Positions 58,828-64,000 of a DNA stretch of 64,000 bases are shown here, piece by piece. Made by a program: the position numbers and the translations under genes. Source of the DNA: Escherichia coli (lineage in GTDB: Bacteria; Pseudomonadota; Gammaproteobacteria; Enterobacterales; Enterobacteriaceae). How positions within the stretch are numbered: the stretch's first letter is position 1; each line of letters starts with the position of its first letter. Location of the stretch: assembly GCF_011045215.1 (NCBI RefSeq), contig NZ_CP049201.1; one strand, given 5' to 3'. The notes under the pieces are model-generated. The model did no database searches and was not told the origin of the DNA. It worked only from the letters and a program-made list of their open reading frames with translations.

Positions 58828-60357
58828 ATGTTACTACCCTGGCTAATATTAATTCCCTTTATCGGCGGCTTCCTGTGCTGGCAGACCGAACGCTTTGGCG
58901 TCAAGGTGCCGCGCTGGATCGCGCTGATCACCATGGGATTGACGCTGGCGCTGTCGCTGCAACTGTGGTTGCAGGGCGGTTATTCACTGACGCAATCCGC
59001 CGGAATTCCGCAGTGGCAGTCTGAATTCGACATGCCGTGGATCCCGCGTTTTGGTATATCTATTCATCTCGCCATTGACGGGCTGTCGCTGCTGATGGTC
59101 GTGCTGACCGGTCTGCTCGGTGTGCTGGCGGTACTCTGTTCGTGGAAAGAGATTGAAAAATATCAGGGCTTCTTCCACCTCAACCTGATGTGGATCCTGG
59201 GCGGCGTTATCGGCGTGTTCCTTGCCATCGACATGTTCCTGTTCTTCTTCTTCTGGGAAATGATGCTGGTGCCGATGTACTTCCTGATCGCACTGTGGGG
59301 GCATAAAGCCTCTGACGGTAAAACGCGTATCACGGCGGCAACCAAGTTCTTCATTTACACCCAGGCGAGTGGTCTGGTGATGTTGATCGCCATCCTGGCG
59401 CTGGTTTTTGTTCACTACAATGCGACCGGCGTCTGGACCTTCAACTATGAAGAGCTGCTGAATACGCCAATGTCCAGTGGTGTGGAATATCTGTTGATGC
59501 TGGGCTTCTTCATCGCCTTCGCAGTCAAAATGCCGGTGGTTCCGCTGCATGGCTGGCTGCCGGATGCGCACTCCCAGGCTCCGACCGCCGGTTCCGTTGA
59601 CCTCGCGGGGATCTTGCTGAAAACTGCCGCTTACGGTTTGCTGCGTTTCTCCCTGCCGCTGTTCCCAAATGCGTCGGCAGAGTTCGCGCCAATCGCTATG
59701 TGGCTGGGTGTTATCGGCATCTTCTACGGTGCGTGGATGGCCTTCGCCCAGACCGATATCAAACGTCTGATCGCCTACACCTCGGTTTCCCACATGGGCT
59801 TCGTGCTGATTGCTATCTACACCGGCAGCCAGTTGGCCTACCAGGGCGCGGTAATCCAGATGATTGCGCACGGCTTGTCGGCGGCGGGTCTGTTTATTCT
59901 CTGCGGTCAGCTTTATGAACGTATCCATACCCGCGACATGCGCATGATGGGCGGTCTGTGGAGCAAGATGAAATGGCTGCCAGCACTGTCGCTGTTCTTT
60001 GCGGTGGCAACGCTTGGGATGCCTGGCACCGGTAACTTCGTCGGCGAATTTATGATTCTGTTCGGCAGCTTCCAGGTTGTCCCGGTGATTACCGTTATCT
60101 CTACCTTTGGGCTGGTCTTTGCATCTGTTTATTCGCTGGCGATGTTACATCGCGCTTACTTCGGTAAAGCGAAAAGCCAGATTGCCAGCCAGGAACTGCC
60201 AGGGATGTCGCTGCGTGAGCTGTTTATGATCCTGTTGCTGGTGGTGCTGCTGGTACTGCTGGGCTTCTATCCGCAGCCGATTCTGGATACCTCGCACTCC
60301 GCGATTGGCAATATCCAGCAGTGGTTTGTTAATTCCGTTACTACTACAAGGCCGTAA
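58828..60357 (+). CDS. nuoM: NADH-quinone oxidoreductase subunit M
   Basis: 509 aa antiporter-like subunit. Confidence 0.95.
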   Translation: MLLPWLILIPFIGGFLCWQTERFGVKVPRWIALITMGLTLALSLQLWLQGGYSLTQSAGIPQWQSEFDMPWIPRFGISIHLAIDGLSLLMVVLTGLLGVLAVLCSWKEIEKYQGFFHLNLMWILGGVIGVFLAIDMFLFFFFWEMMLVPMYFLIALWGHKASDGKTRITAATKFFIYTQASGLVMLIAILALVFVHYNATGVWTFNYEELLNTPMSSGVEYLLMLGFFIAFAVKMPVVPLHGWLPDAHSQAPTAGSVDLAGILLKTAAYGLLRFSLPLFPNASAEFAPIAMWLGVIGIFYGAWMAFAQTDIKRLIAYTSVSHMGFVLIAIYTGSQLAYQGAVIQMIAHGLSAAGLFILCGQLYERIHTRDMRMMGGLWSKMKWLPALSLFFAVATLGMPGTGNFVGEFMILFGSFQVVPVITVISTFGLVFASVYSLAMLHRAYFGKAKSQIASQELPGMSLRELFMILLLVVLLVLLGFYPQPILDTSHSAIGNIQQWFVNSVTTTRP

Positions 60358-60363
60358 ATCGCC

Positions 60364-61821
60364 ATGACAATAACTCCACAAAACCTGATCGCACTGCTAC
60401 CGTTGCTGATCGTCGGCTTGACGGTGGTGGTTGTGATGCTCTCCATTGCGTGGCGACGCAATCATTTCCTCAACGCTACGCTCTCGGTTATTGGGCTTAA
60501 CGCGGCGCTGGTTTCGCTCTGGTTTGTTGGCCAGGCGGGCGCTATGGACGTTACGCCGCTGATGCGCGTTGATGGTTTCGCCATGCTTTACACCGGGCTG
60601 GTATTGTTGGCGAGCCTCGCCACCTGTACTTTCGCCTACCCGTGGCTTGAAGGCTATAACGACAACAAGGATGAGTTCTACCTGTTGGTGTTAATTGCCG
60701 CGCTGGGCGGGATCCTGCTGGCGAATGCAAACCATCTGGCGTCTCTGTTCCTCGGTATTGAACTGATCTCTTTGCCGCTGTTTGGCCTGGTCGGTTACGC
60801 TTTCCGCCAGAAACGTTCGCTGGAAGCCAGTATCAAATACACCATCCTTTCTGCCGCAGCGTCTTCTTTCCTGCTGTTCGGTATGGCGCTGGTGTATGCG
60901 CAGTCTGGCGACCTGTCGTTTGTCGCGCTGGGTAAAAACCTCGGCGACGGTATGCTCAACGAGCCGCTGTTGCTGGCAGGTTTCGGTCTGATGATTGTTG
61001 GCCTCGGCTTCAAACTCTCTCTGGTGCCGTTCCACCTGTGGACGCCAGACGTATACCAGGGCGCGCCTGCGCCGGTTTCCACTTTCCTGGCGACGGCGAG
61101 CAAAATCGCTATCTTCGGTGTAGTGATGCGTCTGTTCCTCTACGCACCGGTGGGTGACAGCGAAGCGATTCGTGTGGTGCTGGCGATTATCGCCTTTGCC
61201 TCCATCATCTTCGGTAACCTGATGGCGCTGAGCCAGACCAATATCAAACGTCTGCTCGGTTACTCATCTATCTCTCACCTCGGCTATCTGCTGGTGGCGC
61301 TGATTGCGCTGCAAACTGGCGAGATGTCGATGGAAGCGGTAGGGGTTTACCTGGCCGGTTATCTGTTCAGCAGCCTCGGCGCGTTCGGCGTGGTCAGCCT
61401 GATGTCCAGCCCGTATCGTGGCCCGGATGCTGATTCCCTGTTCTCTTACCGCGGTCTGTTCTGGCATCGTCCGATCCTCGCGGCGGTGATGACGGTGATG
61501 ATGCTGTCTCTGGCCGGTATCCCGATGACGCTGGGCTTTATCGGTAAGTTCTACGTGCTGGCGGTCGGTGTCCAGGCACACTTGTGGTGGCTGGTGGGTG
61601 CCGTGGTTGTCGGTTCGGCAATCGGCCTCTACTACTACCTGCGCGTGGCGGTGAGCCTGTACCTGCACGCACCGGAACAACCGGGTCGCGATGCACCGTC
61701 AAACTGGCAGTACAGCGCGGGCGGTATCGTGGTGCTGATTTCTGCACTGTTGGTACTGGTGCTGGGTGTATGGCCACAACCGCTGATTAGCATTGTGCGG
61801 TTAGCAATGCCACTGATGTAA
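60364..61821 (+). CDS. nuoN: NADH-quinone oxidoreductase subunit N
   Basis: 485 aa antiporter-like subunit. Confidence 0.95.
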
Positions 61822-61845
61822 TCTGTTAGTTTGTAAGTCAGAAAG

Positions 61846-61872
61846 CCGCCGACATGTTCGGCGGTTTTTTTT
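61846..61872. terminator. Bidirectional intrinsic terminator between nuoN and convergent yfbM
   Basis: ccgccga-catgt-tcggcgg stem followed by eight Ts, with an A-run on the 5' side for the opposite strand. Confidence 0.9.
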
Positions 61873-61887
61873 GGTGCCCTGACACCA

Positions 61888-62391
61888 TCACCCAACAATA
61901 ACCGTCAGCGCATGATTCCCTTGTCGCAGCATACGTCGATACGCGCTAATCAGCTTTTCCATATCAAGCATGATCGAAGCAAAGAGTTGCCCCTCTAACT
62001 CTTCTGAAAAGGTCACTCCCGGATAAATCTCCATTTCATTGAGTCGCTTAATGGAAAACTTTTTACGCAGCTCACTTCGATCCAAAGCTTCCAGTCGGTC
62101 GATTGTCGCGGCTAACTCCTGATTCCATGTCAATCCCAGGAAACCATCTATACCATCTTCGAGGCTGTGTTCACCAAGCACGGCACGACTCAGCGGATCA
62201 TTCTTCGCTGGATCGAACGCAGAGGTGCCTGTCAGCCCAAAGTGTAAAAAATCCCAGCGTTTATCAATATCCAGTCGGCGTAATCCTGAAAGCGTGTCAT
62301 GTATATTATCCATCAAAGGTTTTTCAGTAGACTCAAGCAGTTGGTTAATCTTTTCTGAGTCAATTTCTGCAAAATAACCAATCATTCCCAT
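61888..62391 (-). CDS. yfbM: DUF1877-family protein YfbM
   Basis: 167 aa starting MGMIGYFAEIDSEKINQLL, recognised as E. coli YfbM. Confidence 0.75.
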   Translation of the reverse strand: MGMIGYFAEIDSEKINQLLESTEKPLMDNIHDTLSGLRRLDIDKRWDFLHFGLTGTSAFDPAKNDPLSRAVLGEHSLEDGIDGFLGLTWNQELAATIDRLEALDRSELRKKFSIKRLNEMEIYPGVTFSEELEGQLFASIMLDMEKLISAYRRMLRQGNHALTVIVG

Positions 62392-62493
62392 TTATTTTTC
62401 CTCCATTGAATTTTATGTTTCGCATCTTAAAACAGACGAGGGAAAATAAAATGTGCATGTCGCTTTTTCTGGACCCGCCTCGAAAAATTTTTA

Positions 62494-63117
62494 TTATTTA
62501 CTGTTGTATAACAAAGTTATAACCCCATCCACTACCTGAGCCATTTTCTGATAATTCAATCTGTCTCCGATATCACCGGGCAAGTAGTATTGTTTATTAC
62601 GATAAAAAGCGGTGTCAGTAATCATTACGGCGGGAATATCGTATTGCCAATAATTAAGGTGGTCAGAGAAATCAATACCGTGAATAAACCATGGGGCATT
62701 CATAGAATAAACAGATAAATCCCGGGATGATAACAATGCCGTTTTTACCTGACGAACGGCGTTGATATCCTGTATTCTGCCGACCAGGCAATAAAGTCCC
62801 CCCGATCGGGATAAAGCCAGGACATTGCGGGTAAGGGTAATCCTGGCTACCAGGCGCAGAGTCGTAATAGCCAATCGGGGACGCCCTGCGCGGTAACTCT
62901 GGCACCGCTACTGACAAAGAACTCTTTTATATACTCTACGGACCTATTCAGATTATCAATATTGTCGGCATTACGTGGATGCACAGTTTGTGTAAGATAA
63001 CGAACTGTTTTTTCTAATTGCTCAGGACTGACGTGTCGGGGCGTTGGCGATAATGCAGTGACCCAGGGTTGGTAAAAATAATCAGAGGGAGTGAAATCAG
63101 AAATAATATAACAAAAG
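62494..63117 (-). pseudogene. yfbL: Disrupted peptidase-like gene (yfbL-type): the reading frame is split over at least three frames
   Basis: Minus-strand segments in different frames: a signal-peptide-like N-terminus (MEKIPFVILFLISLPLIIF... ending at a stop), ...PEQLEKTVRYLTQTVHPRNADNIDNL..., and two overlapping ORFs (62672-62917 and 62494-62874). Consistent with frameshifts in a once-continuous ~320 aa gene. Confidence 0.5.
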
Positions 63118-63517
63118 GAATTTTTTCCATATATAAATTATCAATAAAAGACGTTATTTTATCATTATTTATAATGAGTTATGAGTGTTTGTTTTATTAC
63201 GGTTGTTAGATCTATACAAAAAGTATCTTTTACAGTGGCTTCGCTATTTTAAAAAGGAATTCATATAAGAAAAATATAATTATGTTATTTATTGGCAGAT
63301 TGAGTTGACAGGGGGCAGAACTCTGAGGGTAAGAAAAGTCAGCAACAACAATCCACTACATCAACAGACCAGCAATCGCGTGCCGAGATACGCTGGAAAT
63401 ACCCGAAGATTGAACTGGCGGAAGGTGTGACTGACATCAGTCAGTGATGACTTTTTAGTAAACTATGTTCGACCAGTCAGCATATTTACTGACTGGTCGA
63501 ATTAATTAACAATGATG

Positions 63518-64000
63518 TTAACTTACTCTTTTGCTTGATGCTCTATTTTGGGGTTGTGAGTGTTTTATTTCTAAGTTTCTATAATAATGATTGATATTTG
63601 CATCGCCATATTTATCTAAATAACAATTTCTGTTTACCTGTCGATGTTGAAAATCAATTTCGTACTGCTCTTCTGCTGAATATTTTTTAAATCTGTCAGC
63701 ATAGTTTTTTAATAACGTATAGGGGGCGCTGTCAGAATTGCTTTCCCTTTGTTCAATCACTTCCTGGGCTGCCATGCACACAAATGCACCGCAACTTTGG
63801 CTTAAGTATTGCTGAAGATCGGCATGTAAAAATATTATCTCTGGTTCGGTTAAATGAACTGTTATATTCTTATTATTCGACATTTCTCCCATGAGTTCAG
63901 AATTGAAACTATTAATGATACGCTTAAGTGAATTTTCTTTCTCATGGCCTAGTGCACGCAATGAGTTGAATATGACGCATTTTATTTGTTGTGTATTATT
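63518..64000 (-). CDS. Hypothetical protein in an AT-rich region; 5' end lies beyond the window
   Basis: The frame stays open upstream of the track TTG at 63961 to the window end, so the gene is truncated by the window. Low GC; no motif recognised. Confidence 0.4.
   Translation of the reverse strand, partial: NNTQQIKCVIFNSLRALGHEKENSLKRIINSFNSELMGEMSNNKNITVHLTEPEIIFLHADLQQYLSQSCGAFVCMAAQEVIEQRESNSDSAPYTLLKNYADRFKKYSAEEQYEIDFQHRQVNRNCYLDKYGDANINHYYRNLEIKHSQPQNRASSKRVS

Overview
The window splits into two parts. Bases 1-~13,980 are the right arm of an integrated P2-family prophage; bases ~13,985-64,000 are a conserved Escherichia coli-type chromosomal backbone. Gene identities come from reading the supplied translations against remembered protein sequences and gene order; no database search was run.

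Prophage arm, in order: terminase ATPase subunit (gpP-like, truncated at the window start), portal (gpQ-like), a cos-proximal repeat region, a low-GC two-gene membrane-protein cassette, a ParM/ParR-like partition pair, replication initiator gpA-like, a leftward early operon of small genes, Cox-like and C-repressor-like switch genes, and a P2-type integrase ending ~160 bp before pdxB.

Backbone, in order: pdxB-usg-truA-dedA-accD-folC-dedD-cvpA-purF-ubiX, argT-hisJQMP, rpnB(yfcI), yfcH-folX-yfcG, yfcFED, yfcC, pta-ackA, yfbVUTS, yfbR, alaA, lrhA, the complete nuoA-N operon, yfbM, a frameshifted yfbL, and an AT-rich edge ORF.

The strongest candidate for an undescribed system is the low-GC cassette at 2732-4111. 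It sits where P2 carries tin/old, a recognised anti-phage hotspot, and encodes a single-pass and a four-pass membrane protein with no recognisable catalytic motif. It is preceded by a promoter, short-ORF and terminator leader. Secondary observations are the plasmid-type ParMR module inside the prophage, a ~320 bp repeat-rich non-coding island in the early operon, and the prophage/pdxB junction. No rRNA, tRNA, CRISPR array or IS element was seen.
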